The translations under genes were made by a program, and so were the position numbers. Of a stretch of DNA of 64,000 nt, positions 29,271 to 39,064 are shown piece after piece. The notes below the pieces were generated by a model, which saw only the letters and a list, made by a program, of their open reading frames with translations, had not been told where the DNA came from and searched no databases. The DNA is from a virus. Taxonomy: Duplodnaviria; Caudoviricetes. The stretch lies in IMG/VR virus record IMGVR_UViG_3300003375_000001, positions 174,518 through 238,517 of that record, one strand, 5' to 3'. Numbering within the stretch: the first letter of the stretch is position 1; every line of letters begins with the position of its first letter.

Positions 29271-30809
29271 TCAGTCCAGCCACCATTGAGTTTGAGACTT
29301 TGTTGGACGATTGTTTTGTTGATTGAACTTCGTCAGACAGAATTCAAAGTAGGCTTTTACCGACTGGGCTGGCTTCTTTCGCTTGGCAATAAGAGCTTTG
29401 AGCTTGGCTTTAGTTTCGGCTAACTTGGTTTTCAAGTTGTCCTGATCAAGCTTAGCCAATTGCCTTACCTTCAGTTCCAGAATTTGATTAGCCTGTTCAA
29501 CCGTTATCTTCAAACCTTTGGCAATCAGCTCTGCGGTGTTTGGCTTACGCAAGGCATTCATGATAGTGTCCAAATGATCACACGCATGAATGAGAAGTTC
29601 CATATAGGCAATGTGCTTTTCTACTTCACCTATTTGGTAGTCAAGCGAATCGGCTTCAAGTTTTACTCGAAACTTGAGCCAGGTCATGGCAAGCTCAGGA
29701 ACAGACAGAGCCTTGAAAGTTGTGTCCGCTTCGTTGCGACCATTGCGCACTCGAAGTTTTCTATCCGACACATAGACGTTGTAGCTGACCTTACTTCGCG
29801 TGAGAGCCTTGACCTTTTCGGCTACCGCGTTAAAGTCATTCATATTCACTGTCTTGCGAACTTGAATAACGTAGCTAAGGCCCTTACCTGAAGACACACC
29901 TTGCACCATGCTCTTCCACCATCTGGACTCTTCCAGTTGTCGCTTGGTAGGAGCTTTCTTTGACTCGGGGAGCTTTCCTTGCACCTTTGCTATCACAGAG
30001 CCTATGTTTACTTCAGGGGCAAACTTGTTCCACGAGATAGTCTTTTTGCTGGTGTCTATGTCTAGCGGAGACTCAAACTCGATGGTCGCATTAGGCGTGT
30101 TCATCAAGTTTAGGATGGACTCTCGATTCGATTTTGACTTTACTACCTGAGCACCCCAGGAAGTATTGAAACGTAGGCCCTTAGCAAAGTCTACAGGCGT
30201 AACCTCCTCTCTGTCTAGCATCCTACACATCAACGGCAGAAGAGACTCAGGAGTAAAGCCAGGTAAACTTGATTTGGTACCGTAACCGATACCCGTTTGA
30301 GAGTTGAATAGAATGTTTGGCAGCAGGCAGGGCAGATATACAGGCTCTTCATCCTTGTCATCATAGTTTGGCATTATTGGCGACACCGCCAAATAGTTTG
30401 GCTGCACAAACTGCCGACCGTATATAGACAAGCGAGCAGCAGGATACCTCATGGCCGCTGCGGGGTCTACTAGGTTACCCCAGTTCCCTTGCCCTTCAAG
30501 AATAGGTACGTCGCACGTAGCGGCGACAACCATAGCTCCATATATGGAAGAATCCCCGTGGGGGTGGTACTTACCAATCACGTCACCAACGATACGGGCT
30601 GCTTTGGTATACTCTCTAGCTATCTTTGAAGAGGCCCACGTTATGCGTCTGGTGACAGGCTTTAAGCCGTCCTGCAATGCTGGGGTGGCACGTTCCTCGT
30701 TTACTTCTGTGCCATAAGCTTTCAACGATACTTTCGCGTAGTCTCCAAGTTCTACGCGGCCTACTTCAGCCCGCTTCGTTGATTTAGCGGCTGGTGGTTT
30801 CTTTGTCAT
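29271..30809 (-). CDS. gyrA: Type IIA topoisomerase subunit A (GyrA/ParC family), no C-terminal pinwheel
   Basis: DGLKPVTRR, GKYHPHGDSS, GQGNWG, catalytic AAMRY; only 512 aa, so probably not a supercoiling gyrase. Confidence 0.93.
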   Translation of the reverse strand: MTKKPPAAKSTKRAEVGRVELGDYAKVSLKAYGTEVNEERATPALQDGLKPVTRRITWASSKIAREYTKAARIVGDVIGKYHPHGDSSIYGAMVVAATCDVPILEGQGNWGNLVDPAAAMRYPAARLSIYGRQFVQPNYLAVSPIMPNYDDKDEEPVYLPCLLPNILFNSQTGIGYGTKSSLPGFTPESLLPLMCRMLDREEVTPVDFAKGLRFNTSWGAQVVKSKSNRESILNLMNTPNATIEFESPLDIDTSKKTISWNKFAPEVNIGSVIAKVQGKLPESKKAPTKRQLEESRWWKSMVQGVSSGKGLSYVIQVRKTVNMNDFNAVAEKVKALTRSKVSYNVYVSDRKLRVRNGRNEADTTFKALSVPELAMTWLKFRVKLEADSLDYQIGEVEKHIAYMELLIHACDHLDTIMNALRKPNTAELIAKGLKITVEQANQILELKVRQLAKLDQDNLKTKLAETKAKLKALIAKRKKPAQSVKAYFEFCLTKFNQQNNRPTKSQTQWWLD

Positions 30810-30857
30810 CTGTTGACTTTCTGTATTTAAGGGTGGAGGTTGTGTGCTTGGAATAGC

Positions 30858-31057
30858 AGCCTAGGAGTACAGCAGCCCGATCGACTTGAACTCGGTTGTA
30901 AACTCTTTATCTAGGGTTTGGACAAGCTTTGATTTTTGAACGTGTACGAGTTTGAACGTTGCAGACTTAAGGTTTGAACGTTTACCTTTGAGCGTTAAAC
31001 TTTCAACTTTTACGCTAAATAGTTTAGCATGCACCTGACGCATGTGCCTACAAGGCT
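30858..31057 (-). ncRNA. Candidate ncRNA with a 7-nt periodic array (GTTCAAA-like)
   Basis: About 12 heptamer-like units at 30928-31015, flanked by hairpins; 5' AGCCTTGTAGG can pair with 3' CCTAGGCT. Confidence 0.5.
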
Positions 31058-31130
31058 AACTGTGACAGGAATCGAACCTGCGACTACCGACCTTTCACGT
31101 CGATGCTCTAACCGACTGAGCTACACTGTT
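31057..31130 (-). tRNA. trnF: tRNA-Phe(GAA), atypical, CCA not encoded
   Basis: Cloverleaf with GCTC/GAGC D stem and GGTTCGATTCC T loop; anticodon loop GT-GAA-AG; A4:A69 mismatch; followed by GCC. Confidence 0.8.
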
Positions 31131-31234
31131 ATATACACCGATATTTAAACCCTCGGTATAACGGGCCCTCGTGTTTCTACTGTTCGCTAACCAAACACAC
31201 AACATCGAAACTAACTACATCAGGTTAACAGTAT

Positions 31235-31912
31235 TTAATCTGGGATGTGAACCGTTGTCTTCACGTTTATCTCGGACAAAGCAAAGTCCACGTTAGTCGT
31301 GAAGGCTGCAAGGGCTTCTTCCCGCTTCTTGACCTCTTCCACGATGTTAAGAGGGTCGATCAACACAGGCATGCATCGTGTCTCAATGGACTTGCGAGTG
31401 CTTTCCAGCAGTTCCGCAGAGACCTCTTTATCACCAGCCTTGATCTGAGATTGTTGAGTCTCGATCTTGCTATTAACATCCCTCATCTCCTTTTCGATGA
31501 AGCCGGAGATACCATTGAACTGCCGCTTCATCATGTCAATGACGGTCTGTTGAACTGGCACTGACGCCTTGCGCTCAATGGCGTCTGCGATTGTCATTTC
31601 TTCAGTGCCAATGGTCACAAACGTCGTAGCATTAGCCTTCACTAAAGCAGCCTTAAGCTTCTGCTTGCGTTTGATCAGGTCGTTCAAGGACTGATATTCT
31701 GTCACCATCGCAGCAGCCACCTCGCTGGGCTTTGGAGAAGCCACTGCGCTGATTGTGTTACCTGTTTGCGTGAGGAGCATAGCGTTTGCGTCAGTACCCC
31801 GCTGCACGGCAACATAGGATGTTGTCTGAGCCAGGCTAACGATACGGGCTGTGAGGGTCTTCAACTCGGATAGAACGCGAGTGAGGGACATTTCTGTGGT
31901 CTTTGTAGTCAT
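31235..31912 (-). CDS. Coiled-coil hypothetical protein with internal pseudo-repeat
   Basis: MSLTRVL/MTIADAI and ANATTFVTI/INVKTTVHI paired motifs; LIDPL motif. Confidence 0.85.
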   Translation of the reverse strand: MTTKTTEMSLTRVLSELKTLTARIVSLAQTTSYVAVQRGTDANAMLLTQTGNTISAVASPKPSEVAAAMVTEYQSLNDLIKRKQKLKAALVKANATTFVTIGTEEMTIADAIERKASVPVQQTVIDMMKRQFNGISGFIEKEMRDVNSKIETQQSQIKAGDKEVSAELLESTRKSIETRCMPVLIDPLNIVEEVKKREEALAAFTTNVDFALSEINVKTTVHIPD

Positions 31913-31971
31913 GGTTAACTTTGAGAGTTGAGTAGGGAGGACTGTCTTTTCAGACTTAAGTATTTAACAGT

Positions 31972-33822
31972 TCATTTATGAACAAACTTGTTGCAAGACT
32001 TGATTAGGTCAAGGGTGAGAGGAATTTCTCTGAAGGCTGCCCATCGTTTAGACAGACGAAGCAACTGCCGAATTCCTCGGCCACTTCGTTTAGGAAATGC
32101 TGAGGCCACTTCAGTCCAGTCTAGTTTTTCTTTGACCTTTTGAAGCTCAGCCTGTGTCTTCCAGATAGCCGCACTTTGTTCCAGATTAGGCAACTTGAAT
32201 TCTATGACCACGTTAGACCTGCTTAGGATGGCATCGTCAATGTCTTGAGTACCATCGTTAGTGGTCTGGTTTGTAGTAAGGACGAGAACGCCCTTAAAGT
32301 ATTCCAGTCTGCGCAGGAACACACCTACGAGAGCGTTTTGGGATATGTCGATACCACGCGTGTGAATGTAGGCATTCGCCTCGTCAATCATAAGGACGCA
32401 GTTCCAACGTTCGGTTCTGCGAAGAATCTGCTGTAGGTTTTCTTCCAGAGAGGAAGAGTCCATGCCTAGTTGGTCAGCCGGTACCTTGTATAGAGGCTTC
32501 TTTGAAGCTTCCGCCAATACCTCAGCTAGCAGAGTCTTACCAAGACCAGGTGCGCCGATACAGGTAATGATTACTGCTTGCGACTTACCTTCTATGATGT
32601 CGTCCACGTCTTCGTCGGTAACCGAGGCTACCAGCATGCGCGTCATGTCTTTCACATCGGGATCGAGAATAAGCTTATCGTCAAGGCCTTCCTTGTACTT
32701 ATAAGGCTTAAGGTTCTTGACGTGTACTGTGTGAAAGGCGTACTTTTCCAGGTGGAATATCTTCAAGAGAAAGTGCATGGGGACTTGCACGTAAGGTGTT
32801 TCGGAGAGGTTTTCTATCTCTTGATGAAACTCCGATCGTGCAGCGATAATTGAGTCTTCCAGCTTGGCAGACTTCAAGATACCTCGTAGCTCTTCCCAAG
32901 GAACCTTGCCTTCGGCTTCTTGGCTAGAAGCCGCTTTGCTCCTTCGAAGGCCTCTAGGTCGGTCATCCTCATCCTCATCCTCAGTATCGTTGTCCCTATC
33001 AAGAACGAAGGCAGGAATAGTGTCCAATATACACTTGGAAGGGTTCCCTTCTGTCAAAAGGTTGTAGCCGCTTACGTCGTTGCCTCTAACCTCGAGCTGT
33101 TCACCAAATCGGTAGAATAGGCGCTCCATCAGAGAGAACTGTTTATCGTATAACTCCGTCATGCCCTCCGATTCTATGAACCAGCCATGGTGACTAAGCA
33201 AGTCTTTGATAGTAACCGATATTGTTGATTCCTCTAGCATTACGGCGTCTACAGTAACTGCGGCTGAGTCTTTGCGGGGTCTGACAGTTACCTCTTTGTA
33301 TAGAACACCTTTAGCGTCGTACAGACTAATCAGGTCACTAACATCAAAGGTGATGGTCAGTCCTACAGGTGAGGACGACCATATATGAGAATGGTGAAGG
33401 CACATTCGAATCCAAGGAGAACCCGAATAGTCTTTGCCCAATTCGATTTTAGTTACCAGGTAAGCAAGGACTGCGTTGAACTTTCCCTGACGGAACAGCC
33501 ATTGACGTTTTGTATTACTGACATAGGACCTAAGGGCAGGCCCGATGTCTGACATACGAGACAAAGGTTCATCTGTGTCGGTAGATGTAAGGAGACCGGA
33601 GTAGGTGAACCTGATGGCCTGAGCGTACGGAGTCTCTTTGTCTTTAACCAGTTCGGCTAAAACGGTTACAGACCCCGGATTGAGTTCATCCAAATCAACT
33701 TCCAAGTTGCGCAAAGGTCCGTTCGAGAACATACCAGCGGCTTTGGCTAGAGTCTTTATCTGTTCGGATCTAGTCGCAGCCTCTATAGCTATGGACTTAG
33801 GAATTTTGATTATTGAGTTCAT
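31972..33822 (-). CDS. AAA+ ATPase with large N-terminal region
   Basis: Walker A GAPGLGKT, Walker B LMIDE, sensor LTTN, IDDAILSR. Confidence 0.9.
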   Translation of the reverse strand: MNSIIKIPKSIAIEAATRSEQIKTLAKAAGMFSNGPLRNLEVDLDELNPGSVTVLAELVKDKETPYAQAIRFTYSGLLTSTDTDEPLSRMSDIGPALRSYVSNTKRQWLFRQGKFNAVLAYLVTKIELGKDYSGSPWIRMCLHHSHIWSSSPVGLTITFDVSDLISLYDAKGVLYKEVTVRPRKDSAAVTVDAVMLEESTISVTIKDLLSHHGWFIESEGMTELYDKQFSLMERLFYRFGEQLEVRGNDVSGYNLLTEGNPSKCILDTIPAFVLDRDNDTEDEDEDDRPRGLRRSKAASSQEAEGKVPWEELRGILKSAKLEDSIIAARSEFHQEIENLSETPYVQVPMHFLLKIFHLEKYAFHTVHVKNLKPYKYKEGLDDKLILDPDVKDMTRMLVASVTDEDVDDIIEGKSQAVIITCIGAPGLGKTLLAEVLAEASKKPLYKVPADQLGMDSSSLEENLQQILRRTERWNCVLMIDEANAYIHTRGIDISQNALVGVFLRRLEYFKGVLVLTTNQTTNDGTQDIDDAILSRSNVVIEFKLPNLEQSAAIWKTQAELQKVKEKLDWTEVASAFPKRSGRGIRQLLRLSKRWAAFREIPLTLDLIKSCNKFVHK

Positions 33823-36800
33823 GAAGAGTAAGGTGCAAAGATGGAGGGAAGGCCAGACGCTTCGTACAAGCAGCTGGTTAGCAGTTTGGCGATGTCCGCT
33901 GTTTTGAAGTGAACATTAACAGCCGTGAATGGATTGTCCGAGTCTATCAAAACCCCAAACACGACAAGAGGCTCACTGGGATATCCTTTCCTTGTAGTAG
34001 TCAAAGTCTTTCTTAGCTTCATCGAAGGCACCTTTAGCCTTTCGGGTAGGCGTTTTACGCATGGAATTTCTCCTTAGAAGGAAAGGGGATTATAACAGCA
34101 GTTGTAGTTCTGGCTCTGGGAGGAGTGTTTCCGCCGACATGGTTATGCGGGTCAAAAGTAGCTCCATCGATCCGTCGACACCACGAAACACCGATTTCGT
34201 TCACTCTGGGGTAGCCCCTTTCAGTAACACTAGTTATGGTGCCCGGCCCTACGGGGCTGGCGTCAACAGGATCTCCTACTTCGAGACAGTCAGGGCTAAA
34301 TTGATTTTTCTGCAAGTTGATTCTCCAGAGTAGTCAAAACACGGTAGAAGTTTACGCGAGGCAAAATTACCACCGTCCAAGATGGCAAGTGCATAAAGAA
34401 GTAGCCTGTTATCACAAGGTTGCCTTTGATCTCGCCGTCGTGCTCGACCAATTCCGTTTCAAAGCTGTGCATCCCTTTGATAGCCTTCGCAAAGGTCATC
34501 GTACCATCGGACGCATCGATAACCCTCCAGGGTAGACCAAACGTAGGACAGCTAGAGTCCAAATGGTCATGATTGAAACGGATAGACCTTTTAACGCTTT
34601 TGCTGTCAAACAAGAAGAGCCAGCCTTCTGGAAGAATTTGCGGAGTACCTTTATTCATCGTTATCTCCTATAGTAGATGGCATTACCCAAGTTTGAACTG
34701 GTAACTTTAAGTCGCACAAGGCTTCTACAAACACCTTGCCTTTCTTGGTAAGGGCGTAGTCCATATTGGAATTCGGCCCCTTAGGCTCTAACAGACCCTC
34801 GTTAGATAATTTGATTAGCCAGTGTTCGGATGCAGAGGAACCCGCAGAGATAATGCCGGGGTAGTCTTTGCCATAAACAAAGACGCCAAAGCTCTTAGCT
34901 ATGAGAAGCATAAAGAGAGCGATTGGAGGGTGGCGAGGGTCAATATCGGTTTTTGGTTTCATGACAGGCGGAAGGGTAGTTAATTGTGGAATGACAACAG
35001 AGGCGAAGTCCGGAGGGTATTGCATGATCAGAGATACTCCGAGGTATGATGTTCCAGCTTAGTTGCCGCACCTTTCAAAGACGTATAGTCTTTCCGAAGG
35101 CCATCTATTACCGTAAGGGCAGAGGCTAGCATCGTCAAAGTCTCCTCTAGACTAGAGTGCGTCGACCTGTGACGATAGTCTGTGGTGTCCAGGCGCGTCC
35201 TGACCTGGTTTCGATTTTCAGCTCGAACAATACCCAGGCCTGAGTCCGTTATCTGAAGACGCGATACCTTTGGCCAGCCGGAATGGCTTTCTGGCCCCAC
35301 GTCGTTTAGATGCCCCTGATCCAAAAGAGACTGTATAGCAGCAGAAACGTCGTCAGGGTCTAAGTTGGGGTAGTAACGAGTTATCATGGTGAACACATTA
35401 GGTCTCAAGGGTAGACGTAGGTCAGCCTTAGACTTTTCCCACACAAGACTAAGTATAGACAATTCAAGGTCTTTATTCATGCTGACTCCAAGCATAATGG
35501 TTAAAGGACAGGCCGAAAGACAATAGTGGAACACCGTCTCCGCCCTGTAAGTACACGTTGTAGTGTAGACACAGCAACTCGTCCGCGTACAAGGCAGCCT
35601 CAGCAACAGAAGTTGTAGACCAGGATCTAAGAGGTACTGGCCAAGTCTTGCCAGTAGAACTTATTATTAGTGCAGTGCAAACAATCGTGAATCTCCTCGG
35701 ACGCGTTCTACCGGTTTCTTCACTCATAGACATACTTGAACTCCGTCTTGGACTGTTCTCCATATTCTTCAGACCAATTCTCCAGCTGGCTTATCTGAGG
35801 GCTAAACTTCCAGTCATAGTCAGACGTGGACTCCCTGCTACGCCACAGAAAGCCTATTGGCTTACGCTTATCATCCTGTAGTCCTGCAGCTTTTTGAGCC
35901 ACTAAGGTATCAACCGTCTGCTTGATGCGCTCCCAGTTTCCTGAGTTCGCTTCTTCAGGCTGAAAGGTAACAAACGTTTGAAGTTCACGTAGAGACCAGG
36001 GGTATACGGCGCCCTCGGTAAACAGAATTCCATAGTCCCTAAGGTACTCCGATATGGTCTTGCGTTCAGTATCGGACAGTGGCCTGATATCGTGTTCACA
36101 GGTGTTGGCCAAGTCAAAGACGTGCTTAACATCTACGCTAGTGGCCGGGCGCGGGCGGATAAACAGCTTGAGAGCCGCTACCAGCTCTTTAATGTAAGCC
36201 TTGGTAACCTGAGCTTCGAACATCCAGTCGAAGAAAGGGCTTCCTTCTTCGTGAACAAGACAGGATAACTTTTCAAGTTTAGCGTAGTTCATTTAGACTC
36301 TGTATAAAGGGAAGAAGGTCAACGAATGCGAGACTCGTTGACCTGGTTTAGTTAGGCGGCCTTAGCAGCACGGGACAGAATAAGAGCCTTGACGTGGCTC
36401 ATGATCTGCTGCCGTGTAGCACAGTGGAAGCTGGTGAGTTCTTTCGTATAACCAACTTCGAAAGTCATCTTGAGGACACGCTTCTTACACAAGTCGGTAT
36501 TGTTGGCATCGACCGTTATGATAAAGTCAAAGTTCAACGCCTGAGCAAAACACTTGTTATTGGCGTCAATGGTAGACGAGATAATGTCCCAGCCCTCCTT
36601 GCGCAGTGCGGCGACGCCGGAAGGTACTTCGTGCGCCCAGCTTGCTTCCGCTGGATATATTACGAGGAAGCGTTCCTTTACCGTATCAGCCGATTTAGGA
36701 GAAACGGTCTGTGGAGTTGAGTTGCTGTTCAAACCAGAGAACATGCCGCGGATAAAGTCCTGCATGCGAGTCTCTGACTCCTTGATGAGCGTTTCCATGC

Positions 36801-37152
36801 GTATCAGAATTCGCGTTTCCATCTGGTTTACCTCCTTTCGAAGATGTTGAATGGCCTTGAGTTCGAGGCTATCTGTCGGCAACACAATAGCGTCAGCAGA
36901 GTCATTAACACTTTCGGACCATTCCGTGTGGGCCTGCGAATCCCGCATCGCGTCAATCTTTGATATAACTAACAGAGCCTGCTCTGTGCTGAGTTGGCGG
37001 CGACGTTCAAGAGGAAGAGCCTCCACCTGAGCGTAAGAACGAAGAAGGTCTGAGTCAGGCAAAAGGCGAACAGTAGGGTCAGCCTTGAGGCGATCAAAGG
37101 CCATGCCAAGTTGAATCAGTTCCGAGCGTTTCCAAACAATACGGGATTTCAT
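33819..37152 (-). other. Run of small hypothetical CDSs: 33819-34031, 34055-34315, 34296-34658, 34651-35025, 35028-35480, 35473-35763, 35720-36292, 36352-37152
   Basis: Co-oriented, abutting or overlapping ORFs; no family recognised. Confidence 0.65.
36316..36344 (-). terminator. Probable terminator
   Basis: 10-bp inverted repeat AGGTCAACGA/TCGTTGACCT followed by a pyrimidine run on the minus strand. Confidence 0.65.
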
Positions 37153-37230
37153 GACAGTAAGCTCCTAGGCTTAGATTTGAGTGCTGCACTTTAAAGGCGT
37201 GCAACTTACCTATCACAAACTGGCTGTTGG

Positions 37231-37626
37231 TCAGGAGTGACGAACTATAAGACCAAGTAACACCGCAAACGAGAAAATTCCCAGCATCGAAACAAACAAA
37301 ATCAAGGCTGTGTGCTGGCTTTCCTCTTCCCTGTATTCCGACATACTGTCCGAAGATACCGAGCTACTAGCCGCCTGTGGCATCTGGCTAGAGTGGGGCA
37401 TGACCCAGGTGCGAATAGCACTTCCAGTAGCTGGTGTCTCCTCTTCTGTGACATGACCTACCGATTCGGTGCTTTCACTCAAGTGAGACGTGTGACCTTC
37501 AGAAACGGTTGCGTGTGACGACACTGAACCGTGGCCACTGCCAGAGCCACCTTTTGCAGTCGCACTTATCATGAGTGCGGGGAATACGGCAACACAAAGA
37601 CAAACTGCAAGAATCAATTTCTTCAT
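37231..37626 (-). CDS. Membrane-anchored protein (signal peptide, Ser/His/Gly linker, C-terminal TM helix)
   Basis: MKKLILAVCLCVAVFPALMISATA signal; hydrophobic LILFVSMLGIFSFAVLLGLIV. Confidence 0.75.
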   Translation of the reverse strand: MKKLILAVCLCVAVFPALMISATAKGGSGSGHGSVSSHATVSEGHTSHLSESTESVGHVTEEETPATGSAIRTWVMPHSSQMPQAASSSVSSDSMSEYREEESQHTALILFVSMLGIFSFAVLLGLIVRHS

Positions 37627-37935
37627 GACAATCTCCAGTTAAATTAACGAATAGTTAGAACCTGTTTTATCTCCCGAGTTTTGGTGTCTCTTTCCCGTTA
37701 AATGCGGCCAATTCCTTGGACTTGTCGCCTCTATAATAAACGACATGAAAGGTTGTTGGGTTAGACATGGTATGGACTCCTTAGCGACGGTCGTCGTCAA
37801 GATAGTTAATCCAACGACCACAGTTCATACACTTACCTTGGTCGTTTTCTTTGGGCACACGGCAAATGCACCAGTAGCCTGGTTCTATAGTGTTGCGAAT
37901 CATAAGGTGACTGCTTCCTTGTTAGCGTAAAAACA

Positions 37936-38202
37936 TTACAGATATCGGCGTTTGAGTTCAATCACCGTCGGTGGCAACATCAGGCTTACGTAGTTTTCAC
38001 CAGGTCTAAAATCACTTGGATAGTTGCACCACTCAAGAGGGCCGCCCCTGCGAAAGCCCTTCCTAAAGCGCCCGTCACTATAGAGTTCAACCTTTTCGCT
38101 TTCAACAAAGTCTCTCAACTCCTGAATAGTTTCGGCTTGGCACACTTCGGTAAGAGATTCACTCTTAGAGAGGCGCATGTCATTAAGCATTAAAACGTAC
38201 AT
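37936..38202 (-). CDS. Hypothetical protein
   Basis: 88 aa abutting the upstream ORF. Confidence 0.7.
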   Translation of the reverse strand: MYVLMLNDMRLSKSESLTEVCQAETIQELRDFVESEKVELYSDGRFRKGFRRGGPLEWCNYPSDFRPGENYVSLMLPPTVIELKRRYL

Positions 38203-38535
38203 TCATTCTCCTTCGGGTATGACGGTCCATCGTCCTGAAGTCATATCAGGTTCGTATCGGTTGACCTGGTTGACGTACTTGTTACCACGATGGTCTTCAG
38301 CAGGTTCGTCGTCAAAGCCCACTATGTTTTTCTTGCCTTGGTACGTAGTTGGATCATCTTCGCTGAACCCATTTGTTTCGTCAACACTGCAGGTCAACGT
38401 AGCTGGACGCGTGCAATGAGGGCAGGTATACATTTCTTTTCGCTCTTCCCCATAGGTATTCATTAGAGTAAGAGCGTCTACTGTCCAGTAGTGACCTCGC
38501 TCACACAAAAATTCTTCGTAACCTTCATAGGACAT
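38203..38535 (-). CDS. Hypothetical zinc-ribbon-like protein
   Basis: CERGH and CPHC motifs; AGGAG SD. Confidence 0.72.
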   Translation of the reverse strand: MSYEGYEEFLCERGHYWTVDALTLMNTYGEERKEMYTCPHCTRPATLTCSVDETNGFSEDDPTTYQGKKNIVGFDDEPAEDHRGNKYVNQVNRYEPDMTSGRWTVIPEGE

Positions 38536-38559
38536 GTTTCATTCTCCTAGTTAAGTGGT

Positions 38560-38652
38560 TGGTGCGGGAGGTGGGACTCGAACCCAACAAGGTCTCTTTC
38601 GAGAACCGGCGGTGTTTAAGACCGCTGCCTATACCAATTCGGCTACTCCCGC
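38560..38652 (-). tRNA. trnL: tRNA-Leu(TAA)
   Basis: GCGGGAG/CTCCCGC acceptor, long variable arm, loop CT-TAA-AC, CCA encoded; one extra T in the T stem. Confidence 0.92.
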
Positions 38653-38732
38653 GCACAGGTATTGTGTTATTTAACTAATACCTTCTTCCAGTTGTTGACA
38701 AAGGTAAAATACTATTCGACTGAACTAAATTA

Positions 38733-38807
38733 TGGTGTCTCCTACTGGAGTCGAACCAGTGTTGACGGCTTAGAAGGCCGTAGTATTATCCACTATACGA
38801 AGGAGAC
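38733..38807 (-). tRNA. trnR: tRNA-Arg(TCT)
   Basis: GTCTCCT/AGGAGAC acceptor, ACGGC-CTTCTAA-GCCGT anticodon arm, CCA encoded. Confidence 0.93.
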
Positions 38808-38834
38808 CACTCTATCCAGTTGAGCTATGGGCAG
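38808..38834 (-). pseudogene. 5' tRNA fragment (acceptor strand plus D arm) fused to tRNA-Arg(TCT)
   Basis: CTGCCCA-TA-GCTC-AACTGGATA-GAGT-G directly abuts tRNA-Arg; no matching 3' half downstream. Confidence 0.7.
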
Positions 38835-38841
38835 GTCGTGA

Positions 38842-39003
38842 CTAGTCTTCCGACTTGATCAGCTTGTCAATCAAGCGTTTCTCCTTCTGCTTCATTGCCT
38901 TAAAGACTTTCTTGCGAGGCTTCCCAGGAGCACAGCAATCGCAATGCCAACCTCCTGAGCCAAGGGCAAAGAAACGAAGGTAAAACTTTTTCGACTTGAT
39001 CAT
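38842..39003 (-). CDS. Small basic protein (53 aa) with CDCC motif
   Basis: MIKSKKFYLRFFALGSGGWHCDCCAPGKPRKK...; GGAG SD; below the ORF-track cutoff. Confidence 0.7.
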   Translation of the reverse strand: MIKSKKFYLRFFALGSGGWHCDCCAPGKPRKKVFKAMKQKEKRLIDKLIKSED

Positions 39004-39064
39004 CGTGTGCTCCAGTAGTTGTAATTACCTCGCATGATGAACTCCTTCATAGATAAAAACACAA

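Noticed and set aside
30861-31043. 60-aa ORF across the heptamer array
   Set aside because: No SD, and a 7-nt period is not codon-compatible; more likely incidental, though not excluded.
28630-36310. ATACAG in three leaders (about 28634, 30821, 36300)
   Set aside because: Too short and too few copies to exceed chance.
38701-38834. Nested tRNA-within-tRNA (intron-like) arrangement
   Set aside because: Sequence after the Arg(TCT) CCA has no T arm and no TGGGCAG acceptor complement.
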